A stretch of DNA of 63,224 nucleotides, the filler included, from Pelomyxa schiedti (taxonomy: Eukaryota > Protista > Evosea): the NCBI GenBank assembly GCA_020536535.1. It is 12 parts of 12 records of this genome, joined end to end, with 100 filler letters (N's around TTAATTAATTAA, not from the genome) between each part and the next. Parts side by side here need not be neighbours in the genome. Positions count along the whole stretch, not along the records: positions 1 to 20,895 come from JAHLWZ010001080.1; positions 20,996 to 31,940 come from JAHLWZ010001250.1; 10 more parts are not named here. One strand, given 5' to 3'. The position numbers and the translations under genes were made by a program. Under the pieces are notes generated by a model. It was not told the DNA's origin. It did not search any database and worked only from the letters and a program-made list of their open reading frames with translations. Numbering within the stretch: the stretch's first letter is position 1; the number at the start of each line of letters is the position of its first letter. Shown here piece by piece: positions 11,722-26,500 of this stretch.

Positions 11722-12193
11722 TCTCTTCGACTTCTCGTCATCGGGCTGCTGATGCACAGATGCTTATTGAGTTGGCTACTGCAATTCAGCTGCTGCTGTG
11801 GCCGCATTATATTATATTACCATCCTCGTCAACAGACAACTCCATTGCGCTTCCTATACTTCTTGGAAGTTGGTGCCCTTGTCTTGGAGGCAGCAGGTTT
11901 GAGACACCTTTTTCCCTTTTCCCTGCTCTCTAACTGGTTGACACAGAAATTTCACACTCACACACTGGTTTGCCGGAGAACGGATAATGTTCTTCTTGCA
12001 TGCGGGTATATATTCCTGCATACTGTAGTTTTCTGCATGACCGTGATAACCCCTGTAAGTGCTCTCCAAAATACAATCCAATAAAATACTAACCATTGTC
12101 ACAGTGAGAAAAACTATGACGGTGCACTCTCTCCTCTCCATCAATCAGTCAGGCGAACATCATTCTTTCGGCTTCTGAAGAGCACAGCCGCGC

Positions 12194-12370
12194 GGCCAAT
12201 CCCCGTGGGAGTCTTGCCATGGGTTGGAGCCTTCCGGTTGGCGCGTCTGGACGGCGCGTTTAAGCCCGGGGGACCTCATCTTGTGACAGACCCTTGCGAG
12301 GGGACGTGTCGACGGGGCCTTGTCACGGGGGAAAGCTCCGCGATGGGACTCTGCCGACGCCTCTCTGGCC
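12194..12370 (+). repeat. 177-nt structured repeat, copy 2
   Basis: Direct repeat of 11545-11721, offset by 649 bp. Confidence 0.85.
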
Positions 12371-12627
12371 CTGTCTCACTTCCTCCTCGTCGACTTCACA
12401 TCATCGGGCTTCTGATGCATGCTGCTTATTGAGATCATCAACAGACATGAGAGATTCATTTGAGAACAGCACCGCTAACAGTAAGGCAACTTCCCCTGCT
12501 GCCCAAACTAACCGTGTTGTTATGCAGTATACCGGCCAGCCAGTCTCTGTGACCTTGCACCCCAAGTAACCATAAAACAAGAAATTTTTTCTCAAACAAA
12601 TTTGCTGTTGTTCTTACCTCTTCTTCT

Positions 12628-14067
12628 GTGAAGAAGAATCTGTTTGGTGTAGAATCAGTCGTTGCGTTGTTGTTGGGGCAGGGGGCACGCACACCCATAA
12701 TGAGCAGCAGCAACCGTTCATTGTGCCACTGGTACTCTGACAACAACAGCGACGGTGGGTTCGTCGGTGTGGGTGTGACCGTTCGTGACCAGTTTGTCGG
12801 CCTGTTGATGTCAACGCACCCTCGCTGTGGCCGTCAACATCGAAATCGAATAGTGACTAGCCCCTGTCCTCAGCAACACCAGGAATTTCCATCGCTGCCG
12901 CCGACGAGCACAAGTCCCTTGGATGTGATGAATAGAATGAATGTTGATGATGATGATACTAGAGGTGATGGCGAGAACAACGTGGGTGGCGTGACTGCAA
13001 TTGGTGCTGGAATCAAGGTTCTGTGGGATTGGTGTTGGTCGGGTGAATCGCCTGTGAGAGTGTTTTGCTTGAAGCTGGGGAACGGCCCCCTGTTCACCTT
13101 CTCGTTTTCTCTTCTCTTGGAATCAGTGGCTACATCCAACAGGAATGTAGTTGGGGTGGTGAGGTGTGGGAGGAGCGAGGAAGATTTGGTTGGTGTGTGT
13201 GGGGAAGGAAACAGAGCGGTCTCTTGGGCAGAGATGTTTGGTGGGAGGAGCAAAGGCTTAGTGTCAAAGTTCTTTATGAGTGACATTGTGCATAGGCCTG
13301 AGTCAAACTTAGTTGGAGATAGAAGAGCTTTATCTGATTACGCCCTCTCCAAGTTCCACTACATCAACGGAAAGTGGCTGGTTGTGTTCTACAACACCAG
13401 CAAATGGGAAATGGAAGTTACCAATTTGCAGGATGGCTCACAGCTGGGGGAATTTAGTGTGCTTGAGCTTCCTGTGCCAAAGGGTGATTGGGGGAACTTT
13501 ACATTCCAGTTCAACAAGTTTTCTCCAAATGAGGCAGTTGTGTATCTGAGAACCAGCGTGGTTCCTATTCAAGGAATTTCAATGCTGCATGTGATTGACC
13601 TCCCACAGTGTTTTGCTGCCAAATCCTTTTCTGTGTTGAGCTCCACGAAGTGCCCTGCCAGTTGCCTCAATGTGACGCATCTTGTGCTCAATCGGAGGAA
13701 TGGAGCCCGTTGTTTCGTGTTCAGTGATATGTCTTCCATACTTGTAATAGAGGAGGGAACAGGCGTTGAGCAGAGGCTGAGTGGTGAAGGTTGTGAAGTA
13801 TCGCAACTGAGTGTGTCCACGTTTTGTGTGACCAGAGGCACACTCCCGACATACGAGATATGGGACTGCAACAACCTCACAGCACCACTGAGGATTATAC
13901 TGCGCCCAGTTGTTGAGTGCCGGTTGTTTGCCGAAGGTGGCCTCATATTCGTCAGAACAGGCAGCAGATTTGAAGTATATGTTTGTGGCGGCACAGCGCC
14001 CATTGTTGCCTTCCAACCAACTAAATTCTGGGTCAATGCCCAGAACCACTTCTCATTCCTTGTGTGA
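12628..14067 (+). CDS. Orphan family protein (VRDQFVGLL...PRCG motif), about 455-479 aa
   Basis: Long intronless ORF (first ATG near 12700). Family N-terminal motif. C-terminal NGKWLV, VIDL...SVLSST and WDCNN...PLR motifs resemble 49805-51163. Confidence 0.8.
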   Translation: MKKNLFGVESVVALLLGQGARTPIMSSSNRSLCHWYSDNNSDGGFVGVGVTVRDQFVGLLMSTHPRCGRQHRNRIVTSPCPQQHQEFPSLPPTSTSPLDVMNRMNVDDDDTRGDGENNVGGVTAIGAGIKVLWDWCWSGESPVRVFCLKLGNGPLFTFSFSLLLESVATSNRNVVGVVRCGRSEEDLVGVCGEGNRAVSWAEMFGGRSKGLVSKFFMSDIVHRPESNLVGDRRALSDYALSKFHYINGKWLVVFYNTSKWEMEVTNLQDGSQLGEFSVLELPVPKGDWGNFTFQFNKFSPNEAVVYLRTSVVPIQGISMLHVIDLPQCFAAKSFSVLSSTKCPASCLNVTHLVLNRRNGARCFVFSDMSSILVIEEGTGVEQRLSGEGCEVSQLSVSTFCVTRGTLPTYEIWDCNNLTAPLRIILRPVVECRLFAEGGLIFVRTGSRFEVYVCGGTAPIVAFQPTKFWVNAQNHFSFLV

Positions 14068-14162
14068 TGTTGACACAACACACGAAAAGCGGGATTAAAA
14101 AACTTCGCTTTCTTATTCTTGCAGTTGCATAAATTAAACTAACCCAAGATCTGCACGCGACC

Positions 14163-17444
<3,282 letters not shown>

Positions 17445-17464
17445 CAAAAAAATAATCAGATTTT

Positions 17465-17845
17465 TTAACTTGATCTCTTTTCAAGCCACCATTTTTTTGC
17501 TGGCTCTTCTGGTAATAATAGATAGAAAAGTTGGTAGATCGGAAAAGCCAGCATTGTGGCAAAAAGTACAACCTTGTTGCCGTACTTGTTCAAATAATAA
17601 AAAACAAACACAAAAAAACCAAACCAAGGCATGGGGCTAACAAAACCAGAAGAGCCAGCAAAACACGAAGAGGTATTTGTTGCTTGCTGTTTTTTTTTAA
17701 TTCGCATTAGGGCCAGACCAAAAATGTGGGCAGACTGACGCAAGCTTTCGAAGCCATTGTTGAGGTATGTACACCCGCACAGTTCCACGAAGTAACATTG
17801 TTTTAGACTCAAACAAGTGCCCCAGAACGCGCAGCCACTAACCAC
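17465..17845 (-). CDS. Possible small spliced membrane protein
   Basis: ORF ends in a hydrophobic stretch (VVLFATMLAFPIYQLFYLLL) and contains T-rich intron-like segments. No family recognised. Confidence 0.25.
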   Translation of the reverse strand: MVSGCAFWGTCLSLKQCYFVELCGCTYLNNGFESLRQSAHIFGLALMRIKKKQQATNTSSCFAGSSGFVSPMPWFGFFVFVFYYLNKYGNKVVLFATMLAFPIYQLFYLLLPEEPAKKWWLEKRSS

Positions 17846-18082
17846 CTACGCCCCCAACGACCCCAGAGTACGACAATTCCCCCACGGCCGACCACCGCAA
17901 AACTCATCAAGTCTGAAAGCAATCCAAGAATAGGAGTGCGTCCACAAAACACAAGCGCAAGCTCAACGATAAGCACAACCGCACACACCAGGGAAAGAAC
18001 GAGCACGAGCACCAGTGCCAACGCGTCGGGTGCGAGATTCAAGGAATCTGCTTCTGAGATTACTGTTAGAGAAGCTCCGCTC

Positions 18083-20091
18083 ATGATGGGCGATCAGACT
18101 CAGAATACTATACATTCCCACGTGCAAATACAAAGATATTCAGGTGCCATGTCGGAGGAGCTGAAACAAAGTCTGAACCGACGCTCTCAAAGACTGCAAT
18201 CTGCAGAGGCCGCCCCAATGAGTACGTTGCCAGTGCCAGCACCTGCGCTGACCCCTCTTCCTCTCACTACTCCTACGCCGACGCACACGGCATTCCAAGC
18301 AACACCTCCACCACCTCCAGGGCCTCCCCCAGAAGCAGATGAAATAATAGACCAGAGCGAAGCTGCTTCAGAACCAGGCTTTTTCAAGCGGGTCTGGACG
18401 TCTGTCTCAGGGCTTCTTGAGTACAGTGAGGAATATGAAGTCGACGAGGGTGAATTTCATTCGTGTTGTTCTTTCTCTCCTGATTTACACAAATTAGACA
18501 CCTGCCCCTTCGTAGGGAAGGTGAAAAGCCTGGAATCGAGAGTCAGGGAGCTCAATAATCAGGTCTCACAAGGTATATCTGCACTTTCACTCTTACAAGT
18601 CACTGATATGACACTTTAGGAAACGAGAGATACCAGAATGAATGTGAACAAAGAGTGCTCTTATTGCGAGCTAATAACATACTCCTTGCGACAAGCTATC
18701 AACTAACCTTCTGCGATGTCCGATGGGGACAGATGGTAATCGTTGAACTGGAGGGACTTGATTTATTGCACCTCAAACCTCTTGGTTCAGGCTGCAACGG
18801 CATTGTAATCCTAGTACGTGTTAAACCCAGCACTCATGACGTTGAAACCAATGAAGTTGCACTAAAAATGATCTTCAACTACGCTCCTGGCACCAGTACA
18901 GCCAACCTGAAAGCACTGTACGATTCCGAGCACACATTCGGCCGTGCGCACCCGCACTGGTGCTTTGCCATAATCTTCAATGCTTTCCGGGCACCAACTA
19001 GGATCTCCCTCTTCCCTGAGGAGGAAAGGTCTCGGTACACGATTATCACTGACCAGGTGGTGAGGGGAGGTTGCTGTGGTAACCCCGATGTAATACCGCT
19101 TTTGGACCGCACATTATATCTCACAATGGAACCTGGGCAAGGAAATGTCAAGGACATCGTCCGTGACAAATTTTCTGGGGGAAGAAGTGCCAGCTCCAAT
19201 CCATTACAGCGGGAAAATGAAACTGTGCATGGAATTCGCACTCTTGCATTCTGCTGCCTTTGTGCGTGTGACCACATGAACTCACTTGGTTGGTTCCACA
19301 ATGATATAAAATTGGATAATATACTACGCATTCAGAGGACAAAAACAACACGGATTTCCCACGCCATGATTGGTGATATCTGGGCTTTCTGTGACTTGGG
19401 TACATCCCGCTACTGCCCATCTGGTTACCTCGTTTGCAACAACGGGGAGGGCTTTTCAGGAAATATACAAAACAGGGCCCCTGAAGTCTTTCTTCCAACC
19501 ATTCAGGGACAATCCCTGCATTACCCCATCTCGAAGAATGATGTATGGGCTGTAGGATGTGTTCTATATGAGGTGATTACGGGCCGGCCCCCCCTGCATG
19601 TTGAGAATCAGTTCCTCCTAATCCCCAACAAGTTTATTGACGTCACACCAATCTCAGCCCTTGTCCCCTACCTCCTGGAGGAAAACCCCACTATCAGGCC
19701 CACTGCCAAACAGGCCCTTCTCATCTCTGGTGCCCTCATGTTCCTTCCACCACCACACAACACCAACCTGTTCTCCTTGGATCCATCCCACATTGCAGCG
19801 TCTATGAACTTCTATGGGCAAGGTACAAAAGTAATTCCCGAAGTAGAATCGATACTGCACCAAGTGCTGGAGAGCAACTTGCGGTCTCTGGATCCCACAT
19901 CCACTCACTCATCATCTCCCAGCCGGCCGCTACAACAGACACAGACAGTGGTACCCACTGTGGAACAGGTATGCTCACTGGTGTTCACCAAAGAAGCTCT
20001 TTCTGATGTTGCTGGATTCTGCTCTGTGTTGCACGCATTCTGCAGTCGGAGGGCAGTGTACTACAAAACGGTAACCACCAGGACCAGCTAA
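18083..20091 (+). CDS. Ser/Thr protein kinase with PINK1-like features and a spliced Pro-rich N-terminus
   Basis: GSGCNG, VALKMIFNY, HNDIKLDN, CDLG, RAPE and NDVWAVG in ORF 18655-20091. The upstream ORF 17936-18619 is presumed to be joined by short introns. Confidence 0.88.
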
Positions 20092-20099
20092 AAATAAAA

Positions 20100-20895
20100 T
20101 TATTTCATTGTACGGTTGTGTGCCCACGTGGATGTGGAGGGTAGCTGTTTGGTGTTGAAAGCCCAGAGGTCCGTGTATAGGGTGGCAACATAAAGGGTAT
20201 CATCAACCTCCAGTGAATCGCATACAATGTGCAGGAATGGAGCACAGTCCTCTAGCATGCCGATGCACTCTCCCCTCTCATTCAATTTCATAACTATGAA
20301 TGATTCAGAGTGGTTGGGAGTAGAGTGGAGAAAGTACCTACCCCATGCCAGTGCATATGGTCCGGCTTGATGAAGAGAGTTACAATTCTCCTCAGTAAGG
20401 GGTGACCAGCTAGCCAGTCAGTTACACAGAAGGGTTCTGACCTTTTAGTGGCACCTGCGAGGAGGTAGGTTCCCGGCTCTGTGCCTCTCTGCAGATTATC
20501 TGGCGCCGTTGGAAGGCTGTAGCATGGATGAATACCGCGAAAAGAAGGAAACAAGTTGTGTGAGTGGAGGGTTGTAGAACCTGTCAGCAAAGACAGTGAG
20601 TAGCCCTTTGGTGGGTCCGTGGATCCCGTATTTGTAAATCCGGTGCCTTGTAGTTGATGCAATTAACAGAGCGTCATTGGAGTGCGTGAGACAGAGCCCG
20701 TTGGCAAACGCAATTCCGCCGACTTCGACTCTGTGCTTGAGTGAGTGAAAAGGAATCTGAAGGGGTTGTACTTCGCCTCCCCAGTGGCGATGTTGTATGA
20801 GGCCAAGTATCCAGAAGGGCGTCCTTCAATTGCTATATGATGTTATTCCAAATAAAGAAGAGTGTTATGGGGGCGAACATTCAAACAGGAACTGT
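20100..20895 (-). CDS. Strictosidine synthase/APMAP-like beta-propeller protein, 5'-partial, spliced
   Basis: Fragments IEGRPSGYLASYN, LPTAPDNL, WLAGHPLLRRIV and VMKLNERGECIGMLED...DDTLYVATL follow the APMAP/SSL pattern. Truncated by the contig end. Confidence 0.7.
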
Positions 20896-20995
20896 NNNNN
20901 NNNNNNNNNNNNNNNNNNNNNNNNNNNNNNNNNNNNNNNTTAATTAATTAANNNNNNNNNNNNNNNNNNNNNNNNNNNNNNNNNNNNNNNNNNNN
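20896..20995. other. Artificial contig spacer N44-TTAATTAATTAA-N44; repeated at 31941, 40611, 43476, 44657, 47818, 52527, 54846, 55987, 58230 and 61646
   Basis: Identical 100-nt spacer with a six-frame stop linker at each position. Confidence 0.98.
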
Positions 20996-21115
20996 CCCTG
21001 ATTTGTAACCTGCTCATTATGAGGGCAATATTGGACGTTTCAGTCAAAACCAGCCACACAAACAAAAAACCAAAACGAAGCTTTACGTTCCCAAAAAAAA
21101 AAAAACAAGAGGACA

Positions 21116-21766
21116 ATGGACCCGCCGCAGTGTTTCGGTGCGGCTGTTTCTGGACAGGATGATGGGACCAACATGGCGACGAGCAGTGCCACCACGGCGT
21201 TGAGCCAACAACATCAACAACACCATAAACATCACGAGGGAAGTGGGGATGCGAAAAAGAAGAAGAGCAACAAAGGGAAGAAGAAGATAAACCCTTATGA
21301 TTTCCCTATTTCCCCGTTGGGCTTGCCAATGCAACCAAATCCGTGTGTGCTCCTTGTGTGTTTGTGTTTTGTTTTTTTTTTAACTTCTGGTAGGATTTAC
21401 CTCCCTCATGATAATGTGTATAAAGTGATGAAGTCAGTGATCCCGTCCAAGAGTGTGAAAATCTCCCTTGATGCCAAGGAGTGCATGGTTCAGTGCGCAA
21501 CTGAGTTTATTGCATTTGTATCCTCTGAGTACTTTTCTCCCTTTTTTTTTTTCTTTTGGAATAACCTGGTAAATATTACCATGATGCATTGGATACATTG
21601 CGTCACATATTTCCCTGATTCTTCCCTTCCTTCTAACTCTTCTACCTCTAGGGCCAGTGAGCAATGCTCCTCAGCCTGCAGAAAGAGACTCACACCGGTT
21701 GACATCCTCTCGGCACTTGAGGCTCTTGGCTTGGAATCCTACATACAGTCTGTGTTGGAGACCTAA
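21116..21766 (+). CDS. NFYB: Histone-fold transcription factor, NF-YB/CBF-A like (spliced)
   Basis: YLPHDNVYKVMKSVIP...KISLDAKECMVQCATEFIAFVSSE...ASEQC...RKRLTPVDILSALEALGLESY. Two T-rich introns are read through in the ORF track. Confidence 0.88.
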   Translation: MDPPQCFGAAVSGQDDGTNMATSSATTALSQQHQQHHKHHEGSGDAKKKKSNKGKKKINPYDFPISPLGLPMQPNPCVLLVCLCFVFFLTSGRIYLPHDNVYKVMKSVIPSKSVKISLDAKECMVQCATEFIAFVSSEYFSPFFFFFWNNLVNITMMHWIHCVTYFPDSSLPSNSSTSRASEQCSSACRKRLTPVDILSALEALGLESYIQSVLET

Positions 21767-22140
21767 CCCACAATTGCGTAAAACGACTGAGAACATTATT
21801 GGCACTGACACAGTTGATTGGTCAAGGTGCCCGGCTCGAACCTTCCAACATTGCCAACTTCTTCGGCCATGTGGCATCACCTTGTGGGCCAACTGGGAAC
21901 ACAATGATGGGGTGGGAGTCACTACAACCAACAGAAAAGTACAATAAAAAGCACCAACAACAAGGTGACGGACATGACCAAGCAACTGGGCTTACCTCAG
22001 GCAAAAAAGCTACCGGAAGGAAACAACATACAAAACACCCCCCCACCTTTTTTTTGTTTTCGTATGTCCCCGCACAAGGCTTCCATTTAAGGACAGCGTT
22101 CCGGTCTGTGGATTATTTTTCCTCCACCAAAAGTTCAAGG

Positions 22141-23414
22141 ATGGACACGGGGCCGACAACAACGGGAGCTCAGGCGCAGGGAATTAGCGTCAACAAAATG
22201 ATATTTATGGGGACTGGTACTAGCGGGGGTGTCCCTCTTGTTGGTTGCAGTTGTCCAGTGTGCATGTGTGCTTTGTTGGGTGCGATACAATATTGTGGGA
22301 TACTTAGAAGCGCACAGCGCACTTCTGCTCCCAAACTCATTATTTTCCAAATCGAATACAATAAAAAATAGAAGTGGAGGTTCCATGCTGCCACACTGAT
22401 ACTTACTTATTTTAAGGTCAACCGACCCCTATGACAAGCGTCTGCGTACCAGTGCACTACTCATTCTAGGAACACACCCTACAACAGTGCCACCTCCCAA
22501 GCCACGTTCTTCGCTGTCTCCTGCCACAACCACAGGTGGGCCTGGCACAAGCACTGCATGTGATGCGCGTGCAGATAATTCTACCGGCACTACAGCACAG
22601 GGAGAAGGAGAAACTCTGAAGGAAAGAACGCCCATGCAATTTGCAGTTGATGTGGGACCTGACTTTAGGCAGCAGGCATTGACCCATCGTGTGTATCAAT
22701 TGGACCAATGAGGGTCCCTTTCTTTTCGGCTTACTCCATTTTTAGGTCTGACGTACATGGACTTTGCACTTCTTACACATGCTCACCAAGACCACATTGG
22801 AGGAATTGATGAACTTCGCCAGCTCAACTATTACATGAAAACCAGTATACCCCTGTATGCAAACCATGATACGTGTGAAGCACTGAGGTAAGGCATGCAC
22901 CCCCGTACAGCTCAGGCTCAATCCCTCCCTCCCCAAAAGACACAGATTCGATTACATATTCGCCCCGTTTAGGGGTGCCCTTGGAGGCGGATTGCCGGAC
23001 CTCACACTCCACCAAGTTGAGCCGCTTGTACCCATTGTCATAGGCGGTTTATCCATCACCCCCCTGCCCGTCTTCCACGGCGACATGCCGATTCTCGGCT
23101 ACGCATTCCACGGAATCTGCAGCGGTGGGGGCACTTTGGTTTATATCACGGATGCCTCCTGCCTTCCAGAGGAAACCTTTGCTTACCTCCAGCTTCCTGC
23201 CAACCACCCCAAGGTTCTCGTAATCAACGCACTGAGGTCTCGTCCACACCCAACGCACTTCACCATACAACAAGCACTTTCCGCCGTGCAAAGAATCAAC
23301 CCACAGCAGGCATACTTTGTGCACATGACCCATGACCATACACACACCCACCTCAAGGAAATGCTTCCACCAAATGTAATGGCCACCTATGACAATTTGT
23401 CTGTGGACCTATAG
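22141..23414 (+). CDS. phnP: Metallo-beta-lactamase-fold hydrolase, PhnP/YycJ-like (spliced)
   Basis: FMGTGTSGGVP..GCSCPVC, DKRLRTSAL, VDVGPDFRQQAL, THAHQDHIGGIDELR (HxHxDH), FHG, YITD, HPTHF and VHMTH. Confidence 0.9.
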
Positions 23415-23568
23415 GTGATACGTGTTTAAAAAAGAGCCGAAAAAAGGTGCTTTATGGGTCGAAAAAGAAAAAAAAATTAATTTTTTCTTAGCCTGGCTGA
23501 CGGATTTAGTGTGGTGCTACCACAAAAATTTACAAAGATGTAGGGGATGGCTAGTGCTTTTTTTGCCT

Positions 23569-26500
23569 CTACATGGCGAGAATTGCGGTGACTGGGCGTT
23601 CCACGGCTGTGCCGTGTGCTTTGCCCTGTGCCGAAATGTCTGCTGCCCCAGAAAGAGGTGAAACGAGAGGACTGGTGGTGAGTGTGATGAGGGGTTTCTT
23701 GTGGGTCGTAGCAGGGTCTGCTTTGGCTGGACCTGTTTTGCCGTCAATTAAGGTTGGTGGAGGGAGTGGAAGGGATGATACCGGCTTTGCGGCGGGGAGT
23801 CTGCTTGTTGGTTTGAGAAGCAATCTTTGGTTGCAGGAAGGGAGTGAAGCCAAAGTTATCTACCAAATTAGGAGAAGCACCAAGGCTTAAAAGAAGATCG
23901 GCAGTCGATCGTTCGCCAAGGGCCACGGCAACATGCAGTGGTGTCTAGGCACCGTGACTAAGTGGAAATGTTTAAGAAAGCATTGTATACCTCTCCATCC
24001 ACATTAACGGAATTGGGGTTTCCCCCAGCAGACAGGAGAGCACGAATCACGCCACGTCGGTTTTCAATAGTCGCTATGTGGAGAGCTGTTTCACCCTCGT
24101 CGTCAGTCAAATCAGGATGCACCCCTAGCTCTAAGAGAAGCCTACAAAGGAAATTAATCGAAAACTTTGCTTTGCAGTCCATTACCGTGCAACTGGCACA
24201 TTGCCATGCGCCGCAGCGTAATGCAGGGAAGTGTGACCACATGCAGTCGTGATACATGGATCCGCTCCTGCATCGAGCAAAATCTCACAACACCTCAGAT
24301 TGCCACTGACAGTAGATGGGCAGCCTGCTCCATAGTGAAGTGGTGTTTCTCCAAACAAGTTTTGAACGTCGATAGAAGCACCATTCTCTATCAGAGTAGT
24401 GACGGCCCTTACTGACCCTACTGCCATTGCCCAGTGAAGAGGTGTATTTTTTTGCTCATCTGTGGCGTTGATGTCTCCCCCTACTTCCAGAAAAGACATT
24501 ATATCATCTGTTTCGCTGCTATCTTGGAGGAGCTTGTGGTATTTTGGAACTGACATAGGAATTTCTCCAGATATTCCCAGTGAGGGGATCTCAGCAACTG
24601 GATGAGAGAGCCCGACACCGAGACTCATTGAAGGCTTTGCCAGTGAACTTTCAACATTAGACACTGACAGTTGAGTCTTTTCATATGTGAATGTGGCAGC
24701 ACTTAGTGACCAATCAGAAGACACATTGCACACACGCACAGATATCTACGAAGAAGATTAGTTGAAATTTTACTTCATGGAAAAACAACCACTCCAGCTA
24801 AATGCTCGGGAGTTGTGCAAACCAATGTGCTAGGACCATGGAATACTGGGGAAACTTCAACATTATCAAACTGGACCCTTTGTTTTTTGAGTTAGGAATG
24901 ACCCATAAATGTGTAAATTTGTACTTCATGGAAGGAGAGTTGGCAAAGTTTGCACCCAGAATCACTACTTTAGTTCCACCAGAAATGGGCCCAGTGCATG
25001 GAACCACCTCGAGAATGGTGGGCGGAGAGCTAAGGGCTACAACAAAATTAACTCCGGTATCCAGCATACACAGGAATGAAGTACCAGGCTTCAGTTGTGT
25101 CGAGTGGGACACAACTACTATTGGACGACTGCTTGCAGTATCCAAAACGCGGTAGTCAAGACGACTGGTGTATTGACGTAGTTCAAAGCGTAACACAAAT
25201 AAGGTCTCACACATTTGGTTTGAAGTAACCAGAATCTTAGAACGTCTCAGTACATAATTTTTTTGATAATTAAAGTACCTTCAGTTTTCTAAATGTAATT
25301 ACTCGGCTTGGTCCAACGGGACTTGGGGTATTGCCAGCAAGTTTTTGTTCTTCAGAATTCTGATCACACCTAAAATTGGTGAAAAGGAGAAAGAAAAATT
25401 ACTTCCGTACCTCACAAGTACAGGTACTACAAATAATTGTGACATTTCATAGTGACTCATGTCTCCACAAACTATAACAGAAGGATGTGGTTTAATATTT
25501 CTTCGGTACACAGCTTTTCCACTTGGATGTTCCACTATTTGGAGGCTCAAACGTCTGTAAACTACGTCAATTTTGAGGGTGGTACTTGTGAAGTATTTCA
25601 ATACAAACCCTGGAGTGTTCACATTGCTCCCGTTGGATGAGGAAGCGACCCCCTCGGTCAGGGAAGGAGAACGTCGGGAAGTGGGAGAGTTTGCCCCCGT
25701 TGCAGGCAAGGCTTGATGTTTAGACCTAACATCATCTGCAACACTCGAAGGTGATTTGATAAGCTGTTGCAACAGTTGCATTTGTTGGTTTTTCTGGGAT
25801 ATTTGTTCCTGTGATAATTGTTGCTCTATTTTCAACTGTAGCTGCTCGTCAGAAACTTGGGCCACAGATGCCTGACGCGAAAAAGGTTGTGGGGTAGTCG
25901 TTCCTAAATTGAACTTTCCTAGCATCAAATTGACTTCGAGACGCTATTGAAGGTGAGTGTTTTTTATGGGTATTGATGGATATACCAAAGATTCTGAGCG
26001 GAGCAGTTGAATTGACTGGTTCATCTGCACTGGTGTAAGAGTAAAGAGCGCTTCCTAGGAAAAGTGAGAACGAAATAGCTTAATTGACAACAGTTACCTT
26101 TATTGAACACATTGTATCCATTGGCATTTTTAGGAGGCGGCACATTGGCTGATAGAGGTCACAGAACTCGGGGCGGAGATGCAACATTCGCTGTAGACAC
26201 CAAACCTCCCTATCTGGGGTATACTTATGAACCTCAGATTGGAGAAGAGCCAAGGTCTCAACACTCAAGTTTTGCATGAGGAGTTTGAGGTGGTGAATAA
26301 TGGTCCCCTGCTGAGAGGGGGTCATCTCATCTGGAAGGAGTACCCAAATCTACCGTGGATGAGATAAGAAAACGAGGTCACTCCCAAACCTGTTGCAACG
26401 TCTCCCAATGATAAACACACATATTTCGCAGAGCACACAACTGGGCAGCAACATCAACAATGAACCACTGCAATCCAAGCTTTTGGGCAAGCAGATCCTG

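Noticed and set aside
11545-12370. CRISPR array or hammerhead/HDV ribozyme reading of the 177-nt repeats
   Set aside because: Repeats are too long and too few, there are no cas genes, and I could not place a CUGANGA core or HDV pseudoknot by eye.
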